DNA of 64,000 nucleotides from Candidatus Edwardsbacteria bacterium RifOxyA12_full_54_48 (GTDB lineage Bacteria; Edwardsbacteria; AC1; EtOH8): NCBI GenBank assembly GCA_001777915.1, contig MFFN01000007.1, positions 4,807 to 68,806 of the forward strand, read 5' to 3'. Shown piece by piece: positions 1 to 8,589 of this stretch (position 1 is its first letter; each line of letters starts with the position of its first letter). The notes under the pieces were generated by a model. It saw only the letters and a program-made list of their open reading frames with translations, ran no database searches and was not told where the DNA came from. The position numbers and the translations under genes were made by a program.

Positions 1-81
1 CTGGCCTATCATATCGCCTTGCTCCGGGGCTGCAATGTGGACCAGCCAAGAAATCTGGCCAAGAGCGTGACCGTGGAATAG
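1..81 (+). CDS. glmS: glutamine--fructose-6-phosphate aminotransferase, C-terminal fragment (gene starts upstream of window)
   Basis: Frame-1 translation is LAYHIALLRGCNVDQPRNLAKSVTVE followed by TAG at 79-81. The DQPRNLAKSVTVE terminus is the conserved GlmS C-terminus. Confidence 0.8.
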   Translation: MAYHIALLRGCNVDQPRNLAKSVTVE

Positions 82-118
82 AATGGGTTTGATCTTATAG
101 AATTTAACATAATGGCAG

Positions 119-3013
119 GTGAACATGAAAACAGACAAGAAAGCCTATGGCCGGTATCTGGGAGAGGAGACCTCCGCCAGATTTTTTGCCGGGAAACTTT
201 CCCAAAACGAAAAGGAACAGACATTGCGCCAGCTGTCCGAATTGACCCGGGTCTTTTGGTCCTATCTGCCGGGCGCGGCATTCAGGAGGCATGCCCAAAA
301 GCTCCATAGCGGGGCCAAGGTGGAGCAGGCCCTGCTGCTGGCCGATGTCACCGGCTTCACGGCGCTGTCCGAGAGGCTGTCCCGCATCGGACGGGAGGGG
401 GCCGAGGAGGTTACCGGTATCATCAACAGCTATTTTGCCCCGCTGATAAAGATCGTTCACAACTACGGCGGAGATGTGGTCTACTTCGGCGGCGACGCTT
501 TCAGCGCCGGCTTCGAGTCGGTGGAGGGCGAGCCCTCGCCCAGCCATCTCCGGGCTCTGCAGGCTGCTTTTGAGATGCAGGAGCTGGTCAAGAATTTTAC
601 CGAGATCAAGACCTCGTCCGGGGCCTTCCCCATCAGCCTGCACCTGGCCCTGCATTTCGGTCCCACCGAGATATTCAGCGTGGGCCGGCGCGATCTGGAC
701 CTGGAATATTTCATGGCCGGGCGGGTCACCAACTATGCCTCCCAGCTGGAGGACCTATCCTCCGGGGCAGAACTATTGATCAGCCGGGAACTTTATGATA
801 AGGCCAAGACCAAGATAACCGCCGAACCCGCCCAGGGCAATACTTATAAACTTGTCAAAGTGAACGAAAAAGTTGGCCATCTGGAAGCGGCCGGCCGGGA
901 GGAGACAGAGGATATCGAGCGGTCCATCGAGCATCTGGAAGCGATCCGCCCTTATTTCTCAAGCTGGCTGACACAAAGGATCATGGCCGATCCCAAATCC
1001 GGAGGCGTTGCCGGGGAGCATCGCCGGGTGACCATGCTGTTCCTGAACGTCTGGGGGGTGGATTTCGACGATGATCAACATGCCATTTCCAAGGCCCAGA
1101 ATTATTTCTCGGTCCTGCAGGAGGTGGTGGAGAGATATGGCGGGCTGGTCAACAAGGTGGATTTCAGTTCCCTGGGCCACAAGGTGCTGATTTTATTCGG
1201 GGCCCATATCGCCCACGAGAACGACGAGGAACGCGCCCTGCTGTGCGCTCTGGAGATGCTGGGTCGCGAGGAGTTCGGTTATGGCGGGGTCAAGCAAAAA
1301 TTCGGGGTCAACAGCGGCTATGTCTTCGCCGGAACGGTCGGCTCGGCCCTGCGCCGGGAGTTCACCGTGATGGGCGACGAGGTCAACCTGGCGGCCCGCC
1401 TGATGTCATCGGCCGGGGAGCAGGAACTGCTGGCCACCGCCGCCATCCAGCGGAAGAACTCGGGAAAATTCGGATTCAAAAACCTGGGCGAGAGGGAGTT
1501 CAAGGGCAAGAAGCACCCCATCACCATATATCAGGTAAGTAAAAGGGATGAAACCGGCGAGGATGTCTTTGCCAAGTGGATGACGGAATCCAAGGCCATG
1601 GTGGGCCGCCAGAAGGAAAAGGAACTGTTGAACAGCGCCGTGGAAAAAGGCATCTCCGGGCAGGGCCAGATAATATCGGTGGTGGGCGAGGCCGGCATCG
1701 GAAAATCCAGGCTGTCCCGGGAGCTGATCCAAAACTGGGCCGAGCGGGGGTACTCTTTCTTTGTGGGCAACTGCCAGTCCTACGGCGCGGCCATCTCCTA
1801 CCTGCCCTGGGCCGATCTGCTGAAGAGCTATCTGGGGATAAAGGAGGCCGACCCCATGGAGGCCAAGACATCCCGGATCCACAAAATGCTGGAGATCATC
1901 GACCCGGCTCTCAAGGAGTGGTCCCCGATCATCGGCGAGGTGGTGGGGGTGCCCATGCCGGAGAGCGAGCTGACCAAGTCGCTGGACGCCAAGCTCAGAC
2001 AGCAGAGATTATTCGACCTGGTGCTGGATATCTTCAGCTGGGGGGCGGCCCAGGAGCCGTTGCTGCTGATAATCGAGGACCTGCACTGGGCCGATGGGGC
2101 CTCGTTGGGGCTGCTGAACTACGTGGCCCGCAATATCGGCGACAAGCCCATAGTGCTGTGCCTAGTCTACCGGCCCATCGAGGTCAAGCACGAATTCGCC
2201 GGCAAGGAATACCACAGCCAGATGACCCTCAAGGAGCTGAGCCGGGAGGAGAGCCTGGAACTGGTGAAGACCCTGCTGGATATCCAAGGGATGCCGCCGG
2301 AACTGGAGCAGTTGATCCTGAAAAAATCCCAGGGCAACCCCTTCTTCGTGGAAGAGGTGGTCAAATCTCTGATCGAACAGGAAGTGGTAGCCGAGAAGGA
2401 CGGCCAGTGGCGGGTGGTCGCGACCGATATTGCCAAGATCAACATTCCGGACACCGTTCAGGGGGTGATCATGAGCCGCATCGACCGCCTGCCGGCCGAG
2501 ACCCGGGAGGTGCTTCAGATCTCTTCAGTGATAGGTCGCGAGTTCGACCAACATATTTTGCAGGCGATATATCCCAAGAAGGTCGAGATAAATCCCCACC
2601 TCAAAAGCCTGAGAGGCCTGGACCTGGTGCTGTCGGAGCAGGAGGGCAGCTATTACTTCAAGCACATCATGACCCAGGAGGTGGCCTACGACAGCCTGCC
2701 GTTCAGCCGCCGGCGGGAACTGCACAACAACATCGGCGACCATATAGAGCTTTCCAATGAGGACAAGATAGAAGAGGCTCTGGAACTATTGTCGCACCAT
2801 TACTTCCATGCCCAGAACTGGGAGCCGGCCTTCTTCTATTCGGTGGAGGCCGGGGACAAAGCCAAGAAAGCCTACGCCAACCAGGAGGCCCTGGCCCATT
2901 ACGACCGGGCACTGGAGGTGTTCGACAAGATGGTGGAGGCCGGGATGCTGCCCGAACTGACCCGCCGCATCCAGGAGGAGTTGAAGCAGAAGGAAGCGGA
3001 GGTGGCCAAGTAG
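119..3013 (+). CDS. signal-transduction protein: tandem class III adenylate/guanylate cyclase homology domains + P-loop STAND/AAA ATPase + TPR-like C-terminus
   Basis: 964-aa ORF (GTG 119, alternative ATG 125). CHD1 motifs are LLLADVTGFTALSERL and GGDAFSAGF. CHD2 motifs are VTMLFLNVWG and FTVMGDEVNLAARL. Walker A is VVGEAGIGKSRLSRE, and the C-terminus has TPR-like helices (EALAHYDRALEVF). Confidence 0.8.
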   Translation: MNMKTDKKAYGRYLGEETSARFFAGKLSQNEKEQTLRQLSELTRVFWSYLPGAAFRRHAQKLHSGAKVEQALLLADVTGFTALSERLSRIGREGAEEVTGIINSYFAPLIKIVHNYGGDVVYFGGDAFSAGFESVEGEPSPSHLRALQAAFEMQELVKNFTEIKTSSGAFPISLHLALHFGPTEIFSVGRRDLDLEYFMAGRVTNYASQLEDLSSGAELLISRELYDKAKTKITAEPAQGNTYKLVKVNEKVGHLEAAGREETEDIERSIEHLEAIRPYFSSWLTQRIMADPKSGGVAGEHRRVTMLFLNVWGVDFDDDQHAISKAQNYFSVLQEVVERYGGLVNKVDFSSLGHKVLILFGAHIAHENDEERALLCALEMLGREEFGYGGVKQKFGVNSGYVFAGTVGSALRREFTVMGDEVNLAARLMSSAGEQELLATAAIQRKNSGKFGFKNLGEREFKGKKHPITIYQVSKRDETGEDVFAKWMTESKAMVGRQKEKELLNSAVEKGISGQGQIISVVGEAGIGKSRLSRELIQNWAERGYSFFVGNCQSYGAAISYLPWADLLKSYLGIKEADPMEAKTSRIHKMLEIIDPALKEWSPIIGEVVGVPMPESELTKSLDAKLRQQRLFDLVLDIFSWGAAQEPLLLIIEDLHWADGASLGLLNYVARNIGDKPIVLCLVYRPIEVKHEFAGKEYHSQMTLKELSREESLELVKTLLDIQGMPPELEQLILKKSQGNPFFVEEVVKSLIEQEVVAEKDGQWRVVATDIAKINIPDTVQGVIMSRIDRLPAETREVLQISSVIGREFDQHILQAIYPKKVEINPHLKSLRGLDLVLSEQEGSYYFKHIMTQEVAYDSLPFSRRRELHNNIGDHIELSNEDKIEEALELLSHHYFHAQNWEPAFFYSVEAGDKAKKAYANQEALAHYDRALEVFDKMVEAGMLPELTRRIQEELKQKEAEVAK

Positions 3014-3153
3014 GGCAGGCAAAAATATCCATATCCCAGGGCCTCTGGTCTAGCGGCAGGCAAAAAACATTGGTGATGACAATTACTTTGGCCGAACGGA
3101 GGCCCGTTCCCTAATTCGGCGAACCTGGCAAATCAAATTATGGGGCATAACTA

Positions 3154-4236
3154 TTGAAGCAAAAAGCCATTCTGGTCGGCAGTGTGCTGGGTCGGGCTAG
3201 CGTCTTTGAGGAAGAGGAATCTTTAAAGGAGTTGGCCCGTCTGGCGGATACCGCCGGGGCCTCGGTGATAGACCACCTGGTGCAAAGGCGGGTCCGTCCC
3301 GACGCCACCTATTTCATCGGCAAGGGCAAGGTGGAGGAGTTGGCGCTGGCCGTGGCTGACAGCCGGGCTGATCTGGTGATATTCGATCACAGCCTGACCC
3401 CCAGCCAGGCCTCCAATATACAGGCCCAGCTGGATTGCCGGGTGGTGGACCGGGCGGAGCTGATCATGGATATTTTTGCCAGGCAGGCCAAAAGCGCCGA
3501 ATCCAAGATCCAGGTGGAACTGGCCCAGCTGCAATACCGCTTCTCCCGTTTGGTGGGGGCCGGACTGGAGATGACCGACCCCGGGGCCGGGATCGGGACC
3601 AGGGGGCCGGGAGAGAAACAGTTGGAGCTGGACCGGCGAAAGATCAGGCATAGGATAGCCCGGCTCAAGCAGGAGCTTAAAAAGATAGAACAGCAGAGGA
3701 GGACCCAGCGAAAATCCCGGGCCGGTGTTTTCAAGATATCCCTGGTGGGATACACCAATGCCGGCAAATCCACCCTGATGAATCTGCTGTCCCGGGCCGG
3801 GGTCAAAGTGGAGGACCGGCTGTTCGCCACTTTGGATGCCACCACCCGGGCGGTGGTGCTGGCCTCGGGGGAAAAATTCCTGCTGACCGATACGGTGGGC
3901 TTCATCCGGCGCCTGCCCCATCAGCTGGTGGCCTCGTTCAAGGCCACCCTGGAGGAGGTCAACCAGGCCGACCTGGTGCTGCAGGTGGTGGACAGCCCCC
4001 ATCCCCTCTATCTTAAAGAGATCGCCGCGGTGGAGGAGGTGTTAAAGGAGATCAAGGCCGACCGTCCGGAGTTGTTGGTGTTCAACAAGACGGATCTGCT
4101 GGACCCGGATACCCTGGACGGCCTGCGGAGGAATTATCCCGGCGCGGCGTTCCTTTCCGCCCTGACCGGCGAGGGCCGCCGGGAGCTGGAGGACATGATT
4201 CGGCAAAGAATGGAATCTCCGGGATGGGGGGAATAA
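3154..4236 (+). CDS. hflX: GTPase HflX
   Basis: TTG start. Motifs: G1 GYTNAGKSTLMNLL, DTVGFIRRLPHQLVASFKATLEE and NKTD. The N-terminal HflX-type domain precedes the GTPase domain. Confidence 0.85.
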   Translation: MKQKAILVGSVLGRASVFEEEESLKELARLADTAGASVIDHLVQRRVRPDATYFIGKGKVEELALAVADSRADLVIFDHSLTPSQASNIQAQLDCRVVDRAELIMDIFARQAKSAESKIQVELAQLQYRFSRLVGAGLEMTDPGAGIGTRGPGEKQLELDRRKIRHRIARLKQELKKIEQQRRTQRKSRAGVFKISLVGYTNAGKSTLMNLLSRAGVKVEDRLFATLDATTRAVVLASGEKFLLTDTVGFIRRLPHQLVASFKATLEEVNQADLVLQVVDSPHPLYLKEIAAVEEVLKEIKADRPELLVFNKTDLLDPDTLDGLRRNYPGAAFLSALTGEGRRELEDMIRQRMESPGWGE

Positions 4237-4278
4237 AGGTTGCCAGGGGCGGGTATATACAGATGAAGGTCTTTTAAG

Positions 4279-5508
4279 ATGAAGGCTGCCGGGTTCTTGG
4301 GTAATTATTTCAAACTGACCGGACGTTTCTCCCGGAATGCCAAGCTGTATCTGCTGGCCACCTTTCTGATATCCGTCGGTTTCTCTTTCTATGGGGTTCT
4401 GTTCAATCTCTATCTGACCGAGGGAGGGCTGCAGGAGGGGATCATCGGCAGCATCCTTTCGCTAAGCGGGTTGGCTCTGGTCATCACCGCCATTCCGGCC
4501 GGTATCCTCTCCGACCGGCTGGGCCGGAAAAAAGCTATGATCATCGGCACCCTGTCCGGGGCCCTGCTGTCGATCTTCCGGGCTCTGACCGTGAACGGCC
4601 CGGGCCTTCTGTCCCTGAGTTTTTTGGGAGGGGTCGCCTCGACGCTCTATGTTCTGTCCGCCGCTCCCTTTATGATGGAGAGCAGCCGCCCGGAGGAGCG
4701 GACCCATCTCTTCTCGGCCTCGTTTGCGGTAATGCTGGCGGCCGGGATTGCCGGCAACCTTTTGGCCGGAGGGCTTCCCGGCTGGGTTAGGAATGTTTTT
4801 GGCGGCAGTACTTTCACGGCTTATCGTTTTTCTCTGCTATTGGGCTCCGGCATATTCCTTACCGCCCTGTGGCCGCTATTTAAAATATCCCAGACCCCAA
4901 TAATCAACGATAAATCTGGTCTGATCAGCCTTAAGCGCCTGGGGCAAGGGTTCAGGGCCGCCGGCGGGTTCGTCTGGTGCAACTTCTGGATCGGGCTGGG
5001 GGCGGGGCTGGTGATACCGTTCTTCAACCTGTATTTTGCCAAAAGATTCGGAGCCTCCAGCAGCCAGATCGGCCTGTATTTTTCGGTGTCCCAGATATTC
5101 ACCCTGGCGGCGGTGCTGGTGGGTCCGGCCCTGGCCAAGCGTTTCGGCAAGGTAAGGACCGTGGTTGTCATGGAGCTGCTATCACTGCCGTTCCTGATAA
5201 GCCTGGGGGCGGAAAAAATTCTTTACATTGCGGTGCTGTCCTTCTGGATGAGGGCCAGCCTGATGCAGATGTCCTCGCCCATCTCCTCGGCTTTTATGAT
5301 GGAGATAGTCCCGGATGATGCCAGGGCTACGGTCAACAGCATAGCTACCATGGCCTGGAACCTGTCCTGGACCTTCTCCACCGCTTTCTCGGGATGGGCC
5401 ATGCAGCGCTATGGCTACGCCATGCCATATTATCTTACGGCCGGCTGTTATGCGGTCTCGGCGGTATCTTTCTACCTGCTGTACAATAAAAAAGAGCCGG
5501 GAAGATAG
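4279..5508 (+). CDS. MFS transporter
   Basis: 409 aa with about 12 hydrophobic helices. The cytoplasmic loop LSDRLGRKKAMI is typical of the MFS loop 2-3 motif. Confidence 0.8.
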   Translation: MKAAGFLGNYFKLTGRFSRNAKLYLLATFLISVGFSFYGVLFNLYLTEGGLQEGIIGSILSLSGLALVITAIPAGILSDRLGRKKAMIIGTLSGALLSIFRALTVNGPGLLSLSFLGGVASTLYVLSAAPFMMESSRPEERTHLFSASFAVMLAAGIAGNLLAGGLPGWVRNVFGGSTFTAYRFSLLLGSGIFLTALWPLFKISQTPIINDKSGLISLKRLGQGFRAAGGFVWCNFWIGLGAGLVIPFFNLYFAKRFGASSSQIGLYFSVSQIFTLAAVLVGPALAKRFGKVRTVVVMELLSLPFLISLGAEKILYIAVLSFWMRASLMQMSSPISSAFMMEIVPDDARATVNSIATMAWNLSWTFSTAFSGWAMQRYGYAMPYYLTAGCYAVSAVSFYLLYNKKEPGR

Positions 5509-5520
5509 CGCCTTGATAAA

Positions 5521-6408
5521 ATGATACGGAAAGGGATCATGGATAAACCAAGCCTAGCAATAATCGGAGTCGGCAAGCTGGGAAGCACTCTGGCATTGGC
5601 CCTGTGGCAAAAGGGTTATCGCCTAAGCGGCCTGTCCGACATCGATCCGGCCAGGGTGGAGGAAACGGCCCGGGCGGTAAACCCGGCCGTATCAGACAGC
5701 GATCCCTCGGCTGCGACCCGGGGGGCGGAGATCGTGATCCTGGCGGTTCCCGATGACAGCGTAAAGGCCGTCTCCGATCAGCTGGCCTCCCGGCAGGCCC
5801 TGACCAAGGGACAGATACTATGCCACTGTTCGGGCTTTCTGCCGTCATCAGCCCTGGTGGCCAACAAGATGCTGGGGGCCTCCATTGCTTCAATGCATCC
5901 CCTGGCCAGCTTTCCCAGATGCTTGAGCCCCTGGGATCGTTTCAAGGGCATCTATTTCGGGATCGAGGGAGACGCCCTGGCCTTGGCAGGATTGAGGCCC
6001 TTGATAGAATCGCTGGACTGTTCTCCGGTGGATATACTGCCGTCCCGAAAGAATCTGTATCATCTCTCCAGCGTGATGGCTTCGAACTATCTGGTGGCCC
6101 TGATGTATGCCGCGGGCCAGATGATGGAAACGACGGTGGCCGATAAGGGAAAAACCGAAGCCATGCTCCAGAGCCTGGCCAGGACGGTGATTGACAGCCT
6201 GGGTGAGAACGGGTTGGAAAATTCACTAAGCGGGCCCATCGAGCGGGGCGATGTCCAAACGGTGACCGGGCATCTGGAGGCCCTGAAAAAAGATTTTCCC
6301 CAGGGGGCGGAGTTATACAAGGTCCTGGGAAGGTCGCTGCTCCGGATATCAAAACAGCGAAATCCCCAGGGAAGGGAATGGGCCGGCTGGGAGAAATTGC
6401 TGGATTAG
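5521..6408 (+). CDS. Rossmann-fold / DUF2520-like oxidoreductase-family protein
   Basis: N-terminal GxGxxG (IIGVGKLGSTLALAL) and a C-terminal GPIERGD motif, as remembered for Rossmann-like plus DUF2520 proteins. Confidence 0.55.
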   Translation: MIRKGIMDKPSLAIIGVGKLGSTLALALWQKGYRLSGLSDIDPARVEETARAVNPAVSDSDPSAATRGAEIVILAVPDDSVKAVSDQLASRQALTKGQILCHCSGFLPSSALVANKMLGASIASMHPLASFPRCLSPWDRFKGIYFGIEGDALALAGLRPLIESLDCSPVDILPSRKNLYHLSSVMASNYLVALMYAAGQMMETTVADKGKTEAMLQSLARTVIDSLGENGLENSLSGPIERGDVQTVTGHLEALKKDFPQGAELYKVLGRSLLRISKQRNPQGREWAGWEKLLD

Positions 6409-6441
6409 CCAAAGATTATTGAATATTTTTAAGATTTTCTC

Positions 6442-6470
6442 TTGACTTTACATATATATCAATTTATAAT
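6442..6470 (+). promoter_or_regulatory. sigma-70-type promoter (TTGACT-17 nt-TATAAT)
   Basis: TTGACT at 6442-6447, exactly 17 nt spacer, TATAAT at 6465-6470, about 20 nt upstream of ATG 6491. Confidence 0.55.
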
Positions 6471-6490
6471 TGACATTCTGGTTAATTAAA

Positions 6491-7432
6491 ATGAAATATT
6501 TTATAAAATCGTGGCCTTACCTCGGTTTGGCCTTGTTGTCGCTATTCGGCTGCGGCCCCCAACAAAGCAAATCCGATGAGACCCAGACCGCCGGAAGGAT
6601 AGTGGTCAAGGGGGAGGATCTGGCCATCAGAATGATCAGGCGCGAAGCCCAGTCTTTTATGGCCCTGTACCCCAAATCCAATATCGCGGTTGATGAAGGC
6701 GGCTCCAAGGCGGCGATTGCAGCTCTCAACGAAGGCCGGGCCAGGATCGCGGTGATGAACCGCCCCATAACCCGCACCGAGGATTCCATAATCAAAACCA
6801 ACGGCGGCCTGGCCAAAGAATACAAGATAGCCTACGACGGGCTGGCGGTGATTGTCAATTCCCAAAATAAGATACAGCGGCTGGATTTTGAACAATTATC
6901 GGGGATATTTTCCGGAAGGATCACCAGCTGGCGCCGGTTGGGCGGCAAGATAGAAAACCTGGTCCCGGTGATCCCCGGACCCAATATGGGCCATTACGAA
7001 TACTTTCAGCAGCTGGTCATGGACGGCGGGGGATATGCCGCCAAAACATATCCCTGCACCACCACCGCCCAGATAGTCGAGCTGGTAAAGAATCATTCCA
7101 GCGCCATAGGACTGGTCTCCATGAGCGCCCTTTACCGTGATTGGGACGTATGGCCGCCGGTCAAGGAAACCGGAATAAAAGCCCTGGAGATAGCCCAGGT
7201 CAAGGAAAGCGGGTTTTTTTATCCCAATCAGAAAACGGTCCATGAAGGGAACTATCCTTTAAGCCACCCCCTGTATATGTATGTCAATGATGTTCTGGAG
7301 CAGACCTATTCCCAGGGGATGTCCAGCCTGGCCCACGGATTCATCACCTATATTTCTTCGGCCGAGGGGCAGAAGATAGCGGCCCAGCAGGGCTATGTGC
7401 CGGCCACCATGCCGGTGACCATCAAGAAATGA
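6491..7432 (+). CDS. PstS-family (PBP-like) periplasmic substrate-binding lipoprotein
   Basis: ATG 6491 gives the lipoprotein signal LALLSLFGCG. GGSKAAIAALNEGRARIAVMNRPIT and the overall layout resemble phosphate-binding PBP-like proteins. The ligand is not established. Confidence 0.6.
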   Translation: MKYFIKSWPYLGLALLSLFGCGPQQSKSDETQTAGRIVVKGEDLAIRMIRREAQSFMALYPKSNIAVDEGGSKAAIAALNEGRARIAVMNRPITRTEDSIIKTNGGLAKEYKIAYDGLAVIVNSQNKIQRLDFEQLSGIFSGRITSWRRLGGKIENLVPVIPGPNMGHYEYFQQLVMDGGGYAAKTYPCTTTAQIVELVKNHSSAIGLVSMSALYRDWDVWPPVKETGIKALEIAQVKESGFFYPNQKTVHEGNYPLSHPLYMYVNDVLEQTYSQGMSSLAHGFITYISSAEGQKIAAQQGYVPATMPVTIKK

Positions 7433-7478
7433 TACTATGAAACGGCGGGTATTAAATTAGATACCGGAGGTGGTTAAA

Positions 7479-8153
7479 ATGCACAAGTCTTTTTTGAAAT
7501 ATATTTACGCAATTCTTTCGTTATTATTATTTGTAGAATATATTCCGGCGCAGAATATTGAAAGGGACGAAACAGCAAATGGCGATGATTTATATCAAGA
7601 TACAATAAATATAAAAAAAATAAATAGCAACCTGAATAGTGAACAATATTATTACCCCCCCATGAAACACTTAATGTTGGAAATGGGAGGTAGTACAGTT
7701 GTGGGTACCCTGGGCACGATGGCCATTGGTTCAATAATACACCCTACTGAAAATGCGAATACAAATGGAGAGATATCTGATATTTATCAGCCTTTTGATA
7801 TCCCCATCATATATTGCACGATTTCTTCAATAACAGTGTATGTGGTTGGCAGATCATTAAAAACCAGAGGTTCTCTTGTTTGGTCCGTCGGTATGGCAAA
7901 CGTAATACCTCTGGGGATAATGTCATACGGTTACATAAGTGGTAAACCAGAAGATTATCGGCCAGCTGTTTATGTTTCAAGTATATTTGCACCCTTAATG
8001 GCAACTGTTGCCTATAATATTACAGCTGTGCAACAAAGCAAGAAGGACTTGAAGCATTCGTGTAATTCTACAATAAACACTTGTATTGCATGGAAGTCAA
8101 ATGATATAACAAAGAAAGCTAACCCCTATATAATTATTCAATATAATTTTTAA
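7479..8153 (+). CDS. hypothetical secreted/membrane protein (AT-rich island)
   Basis: GGAGG RBS at 7466-7470. A signal peptide ending YIPAQ is followed by four hydrophobic helices. No recognisable family. Confidence 0.5.
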   Translation: MHKSFLKYIYAILSLLLFVEYIPAQNIERDETANGDDLYQDTINIKKINSNLNSEQYYYPPMKHLMLEMGGSTVVGTLGTMAIGSIIHPTENANTNGEISDIYQPFDIPIIYCTISSITVYVVGRSLKTRGSLVWSVGMANVIPLGIMSYGYISGKPEDYRPAVYVSSIFAPLMATVAYNITAVQQSKKDLKHSCNSTINTCIAWKSNDITKKANPYIIIQYNF

Positions 8154-8202
8154 TTAGGATGATAGTTGTGAAAATTAAAAACAAATACAGGGGGAAGAAA
8201 AA

Positions 8203-8562
8203 ATGTGCAAGCCAGTATTAAAATATATGTGCATAGTTCTTTCACTGATATTGTTTGCGGGCTATTTGCCTGCGCAGGTTATTGAAAAAAGTCAAGTTGA
8301 TAGTATTGCTGATGCGCAAGCAGGTTCTGTTAAAATTGATGGAATAAAACAAAGCGATAACACTGCTAAAATGGAAGCCGAAAATGATAGTACTGCCAAG
8401 GCAGATACTATTAGCCAAAAAATAAGCGATAAAGAAAAAGAAGAATTGCGCAAGGAAAAGAAAAAGGCTTTGATTGGGTTGGCAATAGTGGGTGGTATAA
8501 TAGTGACATTTTTATTTCTCGGATATGTGGCCAGCGAGTTGGGTAGTGATGGACCACGCTAA
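8203..8562 (+). CDS. hypothetical protein with signal peptide paralogous to the 7479 ORF and a C-terminal TM anchor
   Basis: N-terminus MCKPVLKYMCIVLSLILFAGYLPAQVIE aligns with MHKSFLKYIYAILSLLLFVEYIPAQNIE. The middle is Lys/Glu-rich and the TM helix is ALIGLAIVGGIIVTFLFLGYV. Confidence 0.5.
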   Translation: MCKPVLKYMCIVLSLILFAGYLPAQVIEKSQVDSIADAQAGSVKIDGIKQSDNTAKMEAENDSTAKADTISQKISDKEKEELRKEKKKALIGLAIVGGIIVTFLFLGYVASELGSDGPR

Positions 8563-8589
8563 ACGATCAACTGTAACAAGGTGATAATT

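Noticed and set aside
3011-3110. A direct repeat TAG(G/C)GGCAGGCAAAAA (3011 and 3051) and a GCCGAACGG..CCGTTC..TTCGGC stem-loop between the cyclase gene and hflX.
   Set aside because: The repeat is short, occurs at a single locus, and is compatible with an ordinary terminator or attenuator region. There is not enough signal to call a feature.
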